64,000 nt of DNA from Mobula birostris (taxonomy: Eukaryota): contig NC_092371.1 of assembly GCF_030028105.1 (NCBI RefSeq), forward strand, positions 14,095,884-14,159,883, written 5' to 3'. The notes below the pieces were generated by a model that was given only the letters and a program-made list of their open reading frames with translations, had not been told where the DNA came from and searched no databases. Shown in pieces: positions 48,778 to 61,649 of this stretch; the first letter of the stretch is position 1; each line of letters opens with the position of its first letter. A program made the position numbers and the translations under genes.

Positions 48778-51700
48778 AAAACGAGGAATTCTGCAGATGC
48801 TGGAATTTCAAGCAACACACATAAAAAATGCTGGTGAACGCAGCAGGCCAGGCAGCATCTATAGGAAGAGGTACAGTTCAGATTTCGGGCCCAGACCCTT
48901 CGTGAGGACAAACTGAAAGAAGAGATAGTAAGAGATTTGAAAGTGGGAGGGGAGGGGAGATCCGAAATTATAGGAGAAGGCAGGAGGGGGAAGGATGGAG
49001 TTAAGTGCTGGAAAGTTGATGAGCAAAAGGGATATGAGAGAATCATGGGTCGGGAGGCCTAGGAAGAAAGAAAGGGGGAGGGGGAAGTCCAGAGAATGGT
49101 GAAGGGGGGCGGTGGGCATCTGGAAGGTCAAGAAATCGATGCTCATGCCACCAGATTGGAGGGTCCTCGGACGGAAGATAAGGTGTTGCTCCTCCAGCCT
49201 GGGTGTGGCCTCATCATGACAGTAGAGGAGCTCATGGACTGACATAAAAAACCATAAACCATAGTAATTACAGCACAGAAACAGGCCTTTTGGCCCTTCG
49301 TGGCTGTGCTGAAACATTTTCTGCCCAGTCCCACGGACCTGCAAATGGACCATATCCCTCCATACACCTCCCATCCATGTATCTGTCTAATTTATTCTTA
49401 AATGTTAAAAAAAGAACCCGCATTTACCACCTCATCTGGCAGCTCATTCCATACTCCCACCACTCTCTGTGTGAAGAAGCCCCTGCTAATATTCCCTTTA
49501 AACTCCCCCCCGCCTCACCCTTAACCCATGTCCTCTGTTTTTTTTCTCCCCTTGCCTCAGTGGAAAAAGCCTGCTTGCATTCACTCTATCTATACCCATC
49601 ATAATTTTATATACCTCTATCAAATCTCCCCTCGTTCTTCTACGCTCCAGGGAATAAAGTCCTAACCTATTCAACCTTTCTCTGTAACTGAGTTTCTCAA
49701 GTCCTGGCAACATCCTTGTAAACCTTCTCTGCACTCTTTCAACCTTATTTATATCCTTCCTGTAATTTGGTGAACAAGACTGAACACAATACTCCAGATT
49801 CGGCCTCACCAATGCCTTATAAAACCTCTTCATAACATTCCAGCTGTTATACTCAATACTTTGATTAATAAAGGCCAATGTACGAAAAGCTCACTTTACG
49901 ACCCTATCTACCTGTGACGCCACTTTTAGGGAATTTTGTATCTGTATTCCCAGATCCCTCTGTTCCACTGCACTCCTCAGTGCCTTACCATTAACCCTGT
50001 ATATTCGACCTTGGTTTGTCCTTCCAACTTGCAATACCTCACATTTGTCTGTATTAAACTCCATCTGCCATTTTTCAGCCCATTTTTCCAGCTGGTCCAA
50101 GTCCCTCTGCAGGCTCTGAAAACCTTCCTCACTGTCTACTACACCTCCAATCTTTGTATCATCAGCGAATTTGCTGATCCAATTTACCACATTATCATCC
50201 AGATCATTGATATAGATGACAAATAACAATGGACCCAGCACTGATCCCTGTGGCACACCACTAGTCACAGGCCTCCACCAGAGAAGCAATTCTCTACTAG
50301 CACTCTTTGGCTTCTTCCGTTCAGCCAATGTCTAATCCAATTTACCACCTCTCCATGTATACCTAGCGACTGAATTTTCCTAACTAACTTCCCATGCGGG
50401 ACCTTGTCAAAGGCCTTACTGAAGTCCATGTAGACAATATCCACTGCCCTCCCTTCATCCACTTTCCTGGTAACCTCCTCGAAAAACTCCAATAGATTGG
50501 TCAAACATGACCTACCACGCACAAAGCCATGTTGACTCTCCCTAATAAGTCCCTGTCTATCCAAATGCTTGTAGATTCTGTCTCTTAGTACTCCTTCCAA
50601 TAATTTACCTACTGCCGACGTTAAACTTACTGGTCTATAATTTCCCGTATTACTTTTCGATCCTTTTTTATACAACGGAACAACATGAGCCACTCTCCAA
50701 GCCTCCGGCACCTCACCTGTTGACAGCGACATTTTAAATATTTCTGCCAGGGCCCCTGCAATTTCAACACTAGTCTCCTTCAAGGTCCGAGGGAATACCC
50801 TGTCAGGTCCCGGGGATTTATCCACTTTAGTTTTCCTGAAGACAGCAAGAATCTCCTCCTTCTCAATCTGTACCGTTTCCATAATCTCACTACTTGTTTC
50901 CCTTAATTCCATAGACTTCATGCCAGTTTCCTTAGTAAATACAGAGGCAAAAAACCTATTTAAAATCTCCCTCATTTCATTTAGTTCCGCACATAGCCGA
51001 CATGTCGAGATTGGAATAAGAAGTGGAATTAAAATGCGTGGACAGTGGGAGATCCCTGTTTTTCTGGCGTAGGTGCTCGGCGAAGGGGTCTCCGAATCTA
51101 CGTTGGGTTTCACCGACATTCAGGAGGCTACACTGGGAGCACCAGATACAGTAGATGACCGCAAAAGACTCACAGGTGAAGCATCGCCTCACCTGGAACG
51201 CCTGTTTGGGGCTCTGAATGGTAGTGATGGAGGAGGTGCAGGGGCCGGCGCAGCACTTGCCGCTCGCAAGTATAACTACCAGGAAGGAGATCAGTGTGGA
51301 GGGACGAATGGTCAAGGAAGTCGCATACAGCGCGTTAACTGCTGGTAACCAGAGATTTGAGAAGGGAAGAGAGAAAGGTGCTTGGCGTTGGGATCCCGTT
51401 AGGGATGGCGGAAGCTACAGAGAAGCGTGCTGGACGCGAAGGCTGTTCGTGTAGTCGGTGAGAACAGCCTGATAGGGTGGCGGAGGAATGGGGTGAGGGC
51501 CGACGTGCTTAAAATGGAAGTGATGCGGTTGAGGGCAGCGTTGATGGAGGGGGATGGGAACACTTGTCTTTGAAGAAGGACGACATCTTCGTTCTCATCC
51601 TGAGAAGAGATGTGGTGGAGACGGAGGAATTGAGAGAAGGTGGTGGCACTTTTACAGGTAACTGCGTGAGAAGAGCTATTGTCCAGGTAGCTGTGAGAGT

Positions 51701-51845
51701 CAGTGGGTTTATAGTAGACATCAGTAGATAAGCTTGTCTCCAAAGATTGAGAGAAAGAGATTGAGAAAGGAGACGGAGGTGTCGGAAATAGACGAAGTAA
51801 ATTTGAGGGCAGCGTGGAAGTTGGAGGAAAAGATCATGAGGTCGG
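48778..51845 (-). mobile_element. Chimeric Penelope-like fragment (A 19850-20175 joined to A 24335-25340) split by a CR1 insertion
   Basis: 48778-49099 matches the first A PLE; 49094-49245 and 50999-51845 match the second. Confidence 0.85.
49246..50998 (-). mobile_element. Young 5'-truncated CR1 LINE, unit B only
   Basis: Long well-preserved RT (DKSPGPD, NYRPVSLTS, QHGF, YMDFSKAFDKVPH, GVPQGSVLGP, KFADD) with one frameshift and one stop; flanked by GACAT at 49241-49245 and 50999-51003. Confidence 0.95.
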
Positions 51846-54600
51846 CGTCCCCCGCAATCACGAAGTATGCCTGAATTAGTAGAAGACGACAAAGTGTGAT
51901 AACCTTTCAGGCAGGAAAGAAATAAACAGTCAATGAATGTCTGAAAGAATGTGTCGAAGTGAAGGATGGCACCAGTCGAGAGTATGGCCCTTTTGGTAAA
52001 CTCCGATTTTGTGAATGATCCTCTTGGTGTTTACGTGAACTTTAGCAAGATCTTTGTCAAGGATCCACATGGTAAGCTGGTTCGGAAGGTAGGAAATCAT
52101 AAGGCACGTGATGAGCGAGCCAATTACCCAAAATATGTTTGCGTGGCATTGGATTGAGAGCGGTAGTGAAGCATTCTTTTACGCACTGGAGGACTGCTAC
52201 CAATGGTGTAAAACGGCGACAAGTGCTGACTCTACGATTGCTCGGTTATAATAATCATTTGGATGCGAAAGTAGTTGGAATACTTGGCATCTTGCACTCT
52301 GGGATGATAAGCTGCAATAACTTCGGCGTCAATTTGCAAGAACCTGGGGAGTGTTGTAGAACAGAGAGAGCGAAGGACGCCAGTGGCAAAATGTATGATG
52401 CTGAATCACGTTATGTCCATATATATATATCAATTCCAGCCTGGAATCTGGCGAGGCTATTAGAGAGTGAACTTCATCAGCTGTCAGTTCCTGACTGAAC
52501 AGGGTGATATCACATTTTCTCAGCCTGTCCACCATCGCTGAACCCCCACACCACCACCCCCAACTCAACAGAGGAGGCAGACTTTGCATCCCTTTTGCTT
52601 TCAATACAGTAATGTGTAATCTGATTGCCTCTCATTTCCCTAAACTTCAGAGAGCTTGACGTCTCCTTCTCAGCCTGTAAGGAAAAGTAAGTTCGGCATC
52701 GAAGTTCATACATGTCATCATATTCTCCTACGGGATTCATTTTCTTGTGGACATTCAGAGTAAATAAAAAAAAAGAAGCACAAATGAATCAATGAACAAC
52801 GGCAGGCAATAAAGAGGGTCAATGAACCAATGTGCAAATACCCAAAATAATGACAAATAAAATAGCAATGAAGATTAAGAACATGAGTTAAAGAGCTCTT
52901 GAAAGTGTCCATAGGTGGTGGAATCATTTCTTTGTTGTTGTGCATGAAGTTGAGTGAAGTTGATCTCTCTGTTTCAAGAGTCTGATAGTAGAGGGTGATA
53001 ACTGTCCCACAACTATTCATAGTGTTGTGGGTCCTTGGGCTCATATACATCCTTCTGATGGCAGCAACGTGAAGAGAGAAAGGCTTGCATAGTGGGGTTG
53101 GTGAGGGACGGGGGTCCTTGATGATGGTTGCTGCTTCCATGCGGCTGCTCCGCTTTAGGTGTGCTTAATAGTGGGGAGGGCTTTACCTGTGATGGACTAG
53201 ACTTTACCCACTACTTTTTGCAGGTCTTTCTGTTCAAGTGTACTGGTGTTACCATAGCAGGGAGCGATAGAAGCCGTCAATATAGATCAATCCTGTATCT
53301 ACAGATGATTGTAAGAGTTTAGATATCACGTCAAAGCTTTGTAAACTTCGAAGAAAGCGGGGGCCCTGCAGTTACTTCTTTGTAACGGCGGTTGTGGGCT
53401 GGACACTAAACAGAAATGATAACATCCCTAATCTCCTGATGAGGACTGGCTGAAGGATCTCCGACTTCCTCCCCCTGTAATCAATAAACTGATCCTTGGT
53501 TTTGCTGACATTCAGTGAGAGAGTGTTGGTGTGACAGTATTCAGACAGATAAACTCATGTGTTTGATTCAGTCCTCTCTCCAAGGGAAGCAATGTTTGCA
53601 CGATTAACACGGAGATGTAGATCCGAAGACTAGTGGTAGATATGTTCAACAACCTGGCAGAGGTAGTGGTAAAGGGAAGCAAAATTGTGCAGTTTAAAAG
53701 ACATCCGGGCATTTAGACGGATATTAACATTTTATGGTGACATTAGTCATACACATACAAATGGGATGAGCGCATTTAGGGAATTTGGCTGGCACGAACA
53801 GGTTCGGCAGGAAGGCCTATTACTGTGCTGTATAACTCTGTAAGTCTAAATGTCGTGGCTGTCAGGGACAGAGAATTAGTGTCATAGTTGGTTGTCAGTG
53901 AGGCTCAAAAAGAATGACTCCTATGGCTTCTAATATATATTATTTATTGTAGGGACTGACATGTAAGGAGGAAATATGTTTGAAGTTAGTAACAGCGAAT
54001 AAAACTGAGGATCAATGATATCCTTCGCAGGTTAATAATATCCGAGGACAATAAGCTTTGAGGGAAATATTGTGACCTTTTCCAAGGAGTTTGAGGACGG
54101 GTCATTTTGTTTGGATGACAATTGTTAAGCACAGAAAACAGCTGCGTCTTCGGATCGAATTGCCCCAGGCTGATCATGCTCTCTGACCCGTAATGATAGC
54201 TGGGAAAGGGAAACCAAAGAAGTTCGGGGAACTAAAAGGTGAATACACCGAAAGACAGGATAATGAGTCGATTATAAAGAGGACGCAAAATCTCTTTCCT
54301 CTGGGTGGGCGATGGGAGAATAGGATGAACAACGATGAGGTAACTCAATACAGTCAGGACCGGTCAATTTTCTCTCTAAATGTCCCATGAATTTTTAGTC
54401 GCCGACCATAGACCAGGATGGGATGGATAGATGTGATTCAACGTGATTCAGCACTGCGGATATCGGCTGGGCAGTGCTGGGGTTATGACCATTTCAGGTC
54501 TTGGATAACAGCGAAGCAGGTGTGCGAGGTCCATGCATGATCTTACATATTCCCCTGTGTGTCCGGTATTGAAATATTTATCGGTTTCCTCAGATCCCTT

Positions 54601-57600
54601 TGCAGGATGTGGGAAGTCAGGGCGAGCATAATCGTCCCTAATAACTACACCTTGGAAAGGTGCACCCAGCTGCAGCTCCTGACAAAATGAGTTACGGAAC
54701 TGGAGCTGGAGCTGGATGAACTTCGGATCATTCGGGAGGTAGAGGCAGAAATAGAGAGGAGTTATAGGGAGATAGTCAGCCCTAGGAGTCAGGAGACAGG
54801 TAGCTGGGTGACTGTCTGGAGAGGGAAGAGGAATAAACAGAATGCGCAGAGCACCCCTATGGCCGTTCGCACCAATAATAAGTTCATCGTTTTGGATACT
54901 GTTGATAGGGACGACCTACTAGGGACAAGTTGCAGTGGTTGCGTCTCTTGCACCGAGATGGGACCCTCAACTCAGAAGGGAAAGAAGGAAAGGAGGGGAG
55001 CAGTAGTAATAGGGAATTCGATAGTTAGGGGGACAGGTAAGAGGTTCTGTGGAAGAGATCGAGAATCCCGGATGGTCTGTTGCCTCCCTGGCGCCAAGGT
55101 CCGCGATATCTGGGATCGAGTTCTCGGTATTTTGAAGAGGGAGTGTGAGCAGCCGGATGTCGTGGGACTAATAACGTGGGTAGGGAGAGTGAGAAGGTCC
55201 TGAAAGGTGAGTTTAAGGAGTTAGAAGCCAAGTTAAAGGATAGGATCTCCAGAGAAGGTGGGACCTGTTTCGGCGGGACTGTCTACATCTGAACTGGAGG
55301 GGGACAAATATCTTTTCGGGTAGGTTTGCTAGAGAGGCTCCGGTGGATTTAAACTAGATACGAGGGGGTAGGGAACCAGAGCGTAGGAACTGATGTAGGG
55401 AAGAAGTAAGAAAAAAGAAAATAGTAAAGTTGTTTGCACAATTTGCACAATTAGCGATAAACAGAGTGTAAGAGGTGGAAAATTTCTTAAATACATTTAT
55501 TTAAATGGTAGGAGCATTATAAGAAAGGAGAATGAGCTTAAAGCATGGATTGATACCTGGAAGTATGATGTGGTAGCTATTAGTGAAACATGGATACAGG
55601 AGGGATCTGATTGGCAACTAAATATTCCTGGATTTAATTGCTTCAGGTATGATAGAATCGGAAGGACAAGAGTGGGAGGTGTTGCATTGCTTGTCAGAGA
55701 AAGTACTACAGCGGTGCTCTGGCAGGATAGATTAGAGGGCTCATCTAGGGAGGCTATTTGGGTGGAATTGAGGAATGGAAAAGGTGTAGTAACTCTAATG
55801 GGGGTGTATTATAGACCAGCAAATAGGGAGCGAGAATTGGAGGAGCAAATTTGTAAGGAGATAGCAGATATTTGTAGTAAGCACAGGTTTGTGACTGTGG
55901 GAGATTTTAATTTTCCACACATAGACGGGGAAGCCCATACTGTATAATGGCTGGATTCTTTGGAGTTTGTAAAATGTGTGCAGGATAGTTTTTTTGCAGA
56001 AATCCAGAGAGGCACCAACTAGAGAAGGGGCAGTGTTGGATCTCCTGTTAGGGAATGAGATAGATCAGATGACGGAGGTTTGTGGTGGGGAGCACTTCGG
56101 GTCCAGTGATCACAATGCTATTAGTTGCAATATAATTATGGAGAAGTATAGGTCTGGACCCAGGGTTGAGATTTTTGATTGGAGAAAGGCTAACATTGAG
56201 GAGATGCGAAAGGATTTAGAAGGAGTGGATTGGGACAATTTGTTTTATGGGAAGAATGTAATAGTGAAATGGAGGTCACTTAAAGGTGAAATTTTGAGAG
56301 TGCAGAATCTTTATATTCCTGTTAGGTTGAAAGCAAAAGTTAATCGTTTGAGAGAGGCATGGTTTTCAAGGGATATTGGAAACTTGGTTCGGAAAAAGAG
56401 AGATATCTACAATAAATATAGGCAGCATGGAGTAAATGAGGTGCTCTAGGAATATAAAGAATGTAAAAAAGGATCTTAAGAAAAAATTAGAAAAGCTAAA
56501 AGAAGATATGGGGTTGCTTTGGCAAGTAAGGTGAAAATAAATCCCAAAGGTTTCTACCGTTATATTAACGTTATATTACCGTTATAGCAAAAGGATAGTG
56601 AGGGATAGAATTGGTCCCTTAGAGAATCAGAGTGTGTAGCTATGTGTGGAGCCAAAAGAGATAGAGGAGATTCTGAACAATTTGTTTCATTCGGTATTCA
56701 CCAAAGAGAAGGAATTTGAATTGTGTAAGATAAGGGAAACAGGTAGAGAAGTTATGGAAACTATGATGATTAAAGAGGAGGCACTGGAGCTTTTAAGGAA
56801 TGTAAAGGAGGATAAGTCTCCGGGTCCTGACAGGATATTCCCTAGAACCTTTGGGCAAGTTATTGTGGAAATATCAGGGGCTTGACAGAAATATTTCAAA
56901 TGTCATTAGAAACTGTGATGGTGCCGGAGGATTGACGTATTGCTCATATTGTTCCATTGTTCAAGTCAACATGGATTTGTACGAGGAAGGTCATGTTTGA
57001 CAAGTCTTATTGAATTTTTTGAAGAGGTTACTCGGAATGTTGACGAGGGTAAAGCGGTGGATGTTGTCTATATGGACTTCAGTAATGTCTCAAAGGAAGG
57101 CCCTGATGCGGACCCAAATGCAAGACACAGACGCTGAAGTACACGGAACAGGACTTGACTAGAGCAGGGACGTGACAGGATACAGGCAAGGAGCAGGAAC
57201 AAGAATGCAGTCTTGGGCTAGGGCATGGACAAGATAGGGAACCCGGACAAGGAACTATGCACTAGGAGCCTGGGCTTGGGCTCCGAGCCAGAGACTGGAT
57301 AAGGACCCACAACCTGGGTCTTGCCTCGGGTTTGGTCCCCAGAACCAGGCTAGGGCATGACATGACTACAGGACAGGACGTGGCTGGGGCCTAGAGCCTT
57401 GAGCTGGGAGACAGGCTGGGGCCTTGAGGCTTGAGCTGTGAGACAGGCTGGGGTCTTGGGTCTTCAGATGCGGAGGCTGATAACTCGGAGGCTGGAATTC
57501 GGAGAGAGACTGGGAACTGTACATAAACATAGAGCCGGGACTTACCCTTCGAAAAGCCGGGACTCATCTTTAATATGATACCAACATGAGACTGGGCAGA

Positions 57601-59515
57601 ACATAGACATAGAGCAGGGACTTATCCTTAGACAAGCCAGGACTCAACTTCATCTCCACACCAAGGTGGGACATGTCCCTGTGTCGGGTAACGGCAGAAT
57701 GGCCGGACTTACCCAGTAGACGCAAAGACAAGAAAAACAGTTTCCCCCGCAGGGCAACCGCAGTACGCACTGACTTACCCCACGGGGCGAGGACAAGTGA
57801 AGACAGATTTCCCCACAGGGCAACGGCCAAACGGCCTGACTAACTCCACGGAGGCGAAGCCAAGAAGAGACAAACACCAAAGAACGACAGACAGTCCCAT
57901 CTGTGCATCGGTGTTGCTCCGAGTCACAGTTACGACCAGCAACCTAGGCTGTCTATGGTAACAGTCGGATCCCTACCTAGCTCGGAGAGGCAGACGGCCA
58001 CTCAGCTCGCCCGGCAAACGTCCGAATCCATACCGCAAAGACGGCTCCGACTACCGACAGCAAGGTTCCATGAAGCGATGGTTCTCTAACGCGGCCTAAA
58101 GATGGCAAGTGGCCGCTCTAGCCTTCCACCGGCAGATTGCTCCCAGGAAATCTTGAGAAGACTAGCCAGCAGCCCAAAGTCGTCCCCAAGGCTACTTATA
58201 TTCCAACCCTCAATATGGGAATCAGGTACCTATGAGTAAATCAACCAAACCAAGGGACAGCTAGAAGACCCGGAGTCCTTATTCCACAGACTGGACCGTG
58301 AACCGGAATCCGGACCTCACGGACCGGACCATGACAAGTAAGGCCTTTGACAAGGTCCCACATGGAAGGTTGGTTAGGAAGGTTCAGTCTTTAGGTATTA
58401 ACATTGAAGTAGTAAAATGGATTCAGCAGTGGCTGGATGGGAGACGCCAGAGAGTGGTGATGGATAACTATTTGTCATATTGGAGGCCGGTGACTAGTGG
58501 TGTGCCTCAGGGATCTGTACTGGGTCCAATGTTATTTGTCATATACATTAATGATCTGGATGATAGGGTAGTAAATTGGATGAGTAAGTATGCAGATGAT
58601 ACGAAGATAGATAGAGTTGTGGATAATGTAGTCGGTTTTCAAAGCTTGCAGAGAGATTTAGACCAGTTAGAAGAGTGGGCTGAAAGATGGCGGATGGTGT
58701 TTAATGCTGATAAATGTGAGATGCTACATTTTGGTAGAACTAATCAAAATAGGACATACATGGTAAATGGTAGGGCATTGAAGACTGCAGTAGAACTGAG
58801 GGATCTAGGAATAATGATGCATCGTTCCCTAAAGGTGGAATCTTATGTGGATAGGGTAGTGAAGAAAGCTTTTGGTATGCTGCCCTTTATGAATCAGAGC
58901 ATTGAGTATTGGAGTTGGAATGTAATGTAGAAATTTTACAAGGCATTGGTGAGGCCAATTTTGGAGTTTTGTGCACAGTTTTAGTCACTGAATTATAGGA
59001 AAGATGTCAGCAAATTAGAGAGAGTACAGAGAAGATTTACTAGAATGTTACCTAGGTTTCATCACTTAAGTTACAAAGAAAGGTTGGACAAGTTGGGTCT
59101 TTATTCTTTGGAACGCAGAATGTTGAGGGGGGACTTGACAGAGGTATTTAAAATTATGAGGGGGATAGATAGAGTTAACGTTGACTGGCTTTTTCCATTG
59201 AGAGTCGGGGAGATTCAAATAAAAGAAAAAGAGTTCAGAGTTAAAGGGCAAAAGTTTAGGGGTAACATGAGGGGGAACTTCTTTACTCAGAGAGTGGTGG
59301 CTGCGTGGAACGAGCTTCCAGCAGAAGTGGTTGAGGCAGGTTCGATGTTGTCGTTTAATTTTAAATTGGACAGCTATATGGACAGAAAAGGAATGGAGGG
59401 TTATGGGCTGGTGCAGGTCAGCGGGACTAGATGAGAGTAAGAGTTCGTCAGGGACTAGAAGGGCCGAGATGGCCTGTTTCCGTGCTGTAATGGTTGTATG
59501 TTTATACGGTTATAT
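54601..59515 (+). mobile_element. Degenerate CR1 LINE (homolog of 28065-33397), split by a solo LTR
   Basis: Same motifs; additional deletion of about 130 bp near 56962. Confidence 0.95.
57086..58336 (-). mobile_element. Gypsy-type solo LTR, copy C (only 2 minisatellite units)
   Basis: TGTCT...TGACA with a perfect AGTAA duplication at 57081-57085 and 58337-58341. Confidence 0.82.
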
Positions 59516-59698
59516 TATGCTGTGGGTTGATTCAGAGATGGAGAGAGATACCGAGCCCATGATTACCCACCGGGCTATTCTCAAACCCTTATGTTCCTGT
59601 AGTGAGTCTTCTGTTCCCCAGTCTCAAGCTATACACTCATCAAACACAGGGCTGAATCATCATCTCCTGCACCCTCCTCTTTCTCTCTCTCTTTCTGA

Positions 59699-59716
59699 GA
59701 CACACACACAGACACA

Positions 59717-59747
<31 letters not shown>
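59699..59747. repeat. (CA)n microsatellite within a CT-rich low-complexity tract
   Basis: Longer than the homologous runs near 33585-33607 and 2401-2411. Confidence 0.85.
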
Positions 59748-59749
<2 letters not shown>

Positions 59750-61649
59750 CTTCCCCTCGCTCCTCGCGCTCTCCCTTCTCTTTCTCCCTTTCTCTGATTC
59801 TGTTTCTATTTCCCCTCCTTCTGTCAGTCTCCTAACTGTCTCTCCCCATCTCTCACACACACTCCCTCCGCTCACATTCTTATCTTACTCATTCTGTATC
59901 ACTTGCCAGTGCTTTTCCTTTCACCCCATCCCCCTCTCCCACCCCGCTCTCACCGACTACCCTCTGTCTCTCCTGTTTCCCATAACTCATTCTACCTCTC
60001 TGTTTCCCTGTCCCTCTGGTGCCCCATTAATCGCTAGTCACAACAATTCCAATTGTGTAAGGGTTTATTCTTAAGATTTAGTTTCAGAATGTGTCCCTTT
60101 GTATTATTGCAGTTTCTCAGATCGAGAGAATTTTTAAAAATCTTCAGTCGTGTGTCATCAACGCCCCCACCTTCCAGAGACCTCGCGATCGCGCCACCTG
60201 CACCACTTCTCAAACAGGACAGAAACAGCAGCAATTTGTGTTACTGTCGCTAAATAAAGGCTGTGCAAACCCCGTCCCGGTCCCGTGGGGAGCTGACGCG
60301 GTCCGCAGCTGCATCGGTGCCGCTCACAACACAGACAGTCCGATCCTATCCATCTATCCGTCCCATCCTCGACTCTGGTCAGCGACTAAAAAAAATCAAG
60401 GGGGCCTGGAAGAGGAAATTGAAAGCCCCTGACTGAATGAGGGAGAGGTTAACTGGACTGACCAGTGTCCTACGGTCAGGAGCAGTTTGAGTGAGATTTA
60501 CTATGTCCTATGTTATGAACGACACGTATTCGAAATTTTAATCACCATCTCTAATTATCCAATAAGAGGCAATCGATAGAACAATCCTTACGTAAGCCAG
60601 ACTGCAGGATATTAAGCAATAGAATTTTACAAATAAAAACAAGCCAATGTTTCACAGTGCTGTTATTAGGTAAACATTGATACCGTGTCACTTAAGTCGA
60701 GCGTTTAATTGGATGAAATTTTTTCTCATCTGTTACACAATATCCAACAGATCGTGACAGAAGGAAGGCTGAGTGGTGATGAACTAGATCATGGACAAGA
60801 GAAGGGAGATTTGATGTCCCACACGTGACTCGCTGTTAATAACGTCCCTCACTGCAGTGATGATCAGCAACAGAATCAGGTATAATATCACTGTCATATG
60901 TCGTGAAATTTGTTGCTGGTGCCCCAGAGTGCTGAGGACCCGATTAAAATAAACATGGAATGTCATAAAGTAATGGAACACCACGACACCGAATCACGCC
61001 TTTCGGTCCATCTAGTCTGTTCCGAACTATTAATATGGTCAGTCCCGTCATTCTGCACCCGGACCATCGGCATGCATACCCCTCTCTCCATCCAAATTTC
61101 TGTTAAATGTTAAAATCGACCCTCACCCATCACAACTGCTAGTAACACTTTCTGCACTCTCACCATCCTTTGAGTGAAAACGATTCTCCCGATGTTCCCT
61201 TTAAACATTCCAGATTTTACCCCTATACCGTATCTCCAGTTGTAGTCATACCCTATATCATTGGAAAATACTCTGCTAATATTTTACCCTTGCTATATTT
61301 CGCTGGAGTGGCGTAGTTGGAGACATGAAGATCCACCAGGACTGCCACTATAAGTATGTAGGAAAATGGTTAAAATGGAATGTTAACTTGGATCAATTTC
61401 ACATTCAGGGTGGTAACACCCGACAGTAAATAAATAAAGCGTCGGTAAACGAAAGGCCAACGTGACACACGTGACACTCTATCACTCTTTGCAGGCGGTA
61501 TGACTAAGAAGGTGTTTTTGGTCAAGAAAAAGGCACCGAAATCCAATACGGAAATATGTATAGTGAGAGAGAGAGAGAGGAGAGGGGAAGGCTAGAAAAC
61601 ATGTTTTTAGTATCTTAGTCATGGAGGGATGGCTAAATGTATTATTAAC

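Larger units (their letters stand above)
30843..57145. repeat. Segmental tandem duplication unit B
   Basis: Colinear with unit A at about 90-95% identity. Unit-specific indels: PLE 36909-38167, CR1 49246-50998, absence of A 15800-19255 and A 20170-24334. Confidence 0.95.

Noticed and set aside
50265-51119. Long RT ORFs as active host or retroelement genes
   Set aside because: 5'-truncated and broken by a frameshift and a stop; all other RT ORFs in the track are likewise decayed LINE pieces.
59538-60432. Two-exon protein-coding gene joining the orphan leader to ORF 60091-60432
   Set aside because: Unit A has an in-exon stop and unit B shifts frame, so no product is conserved.
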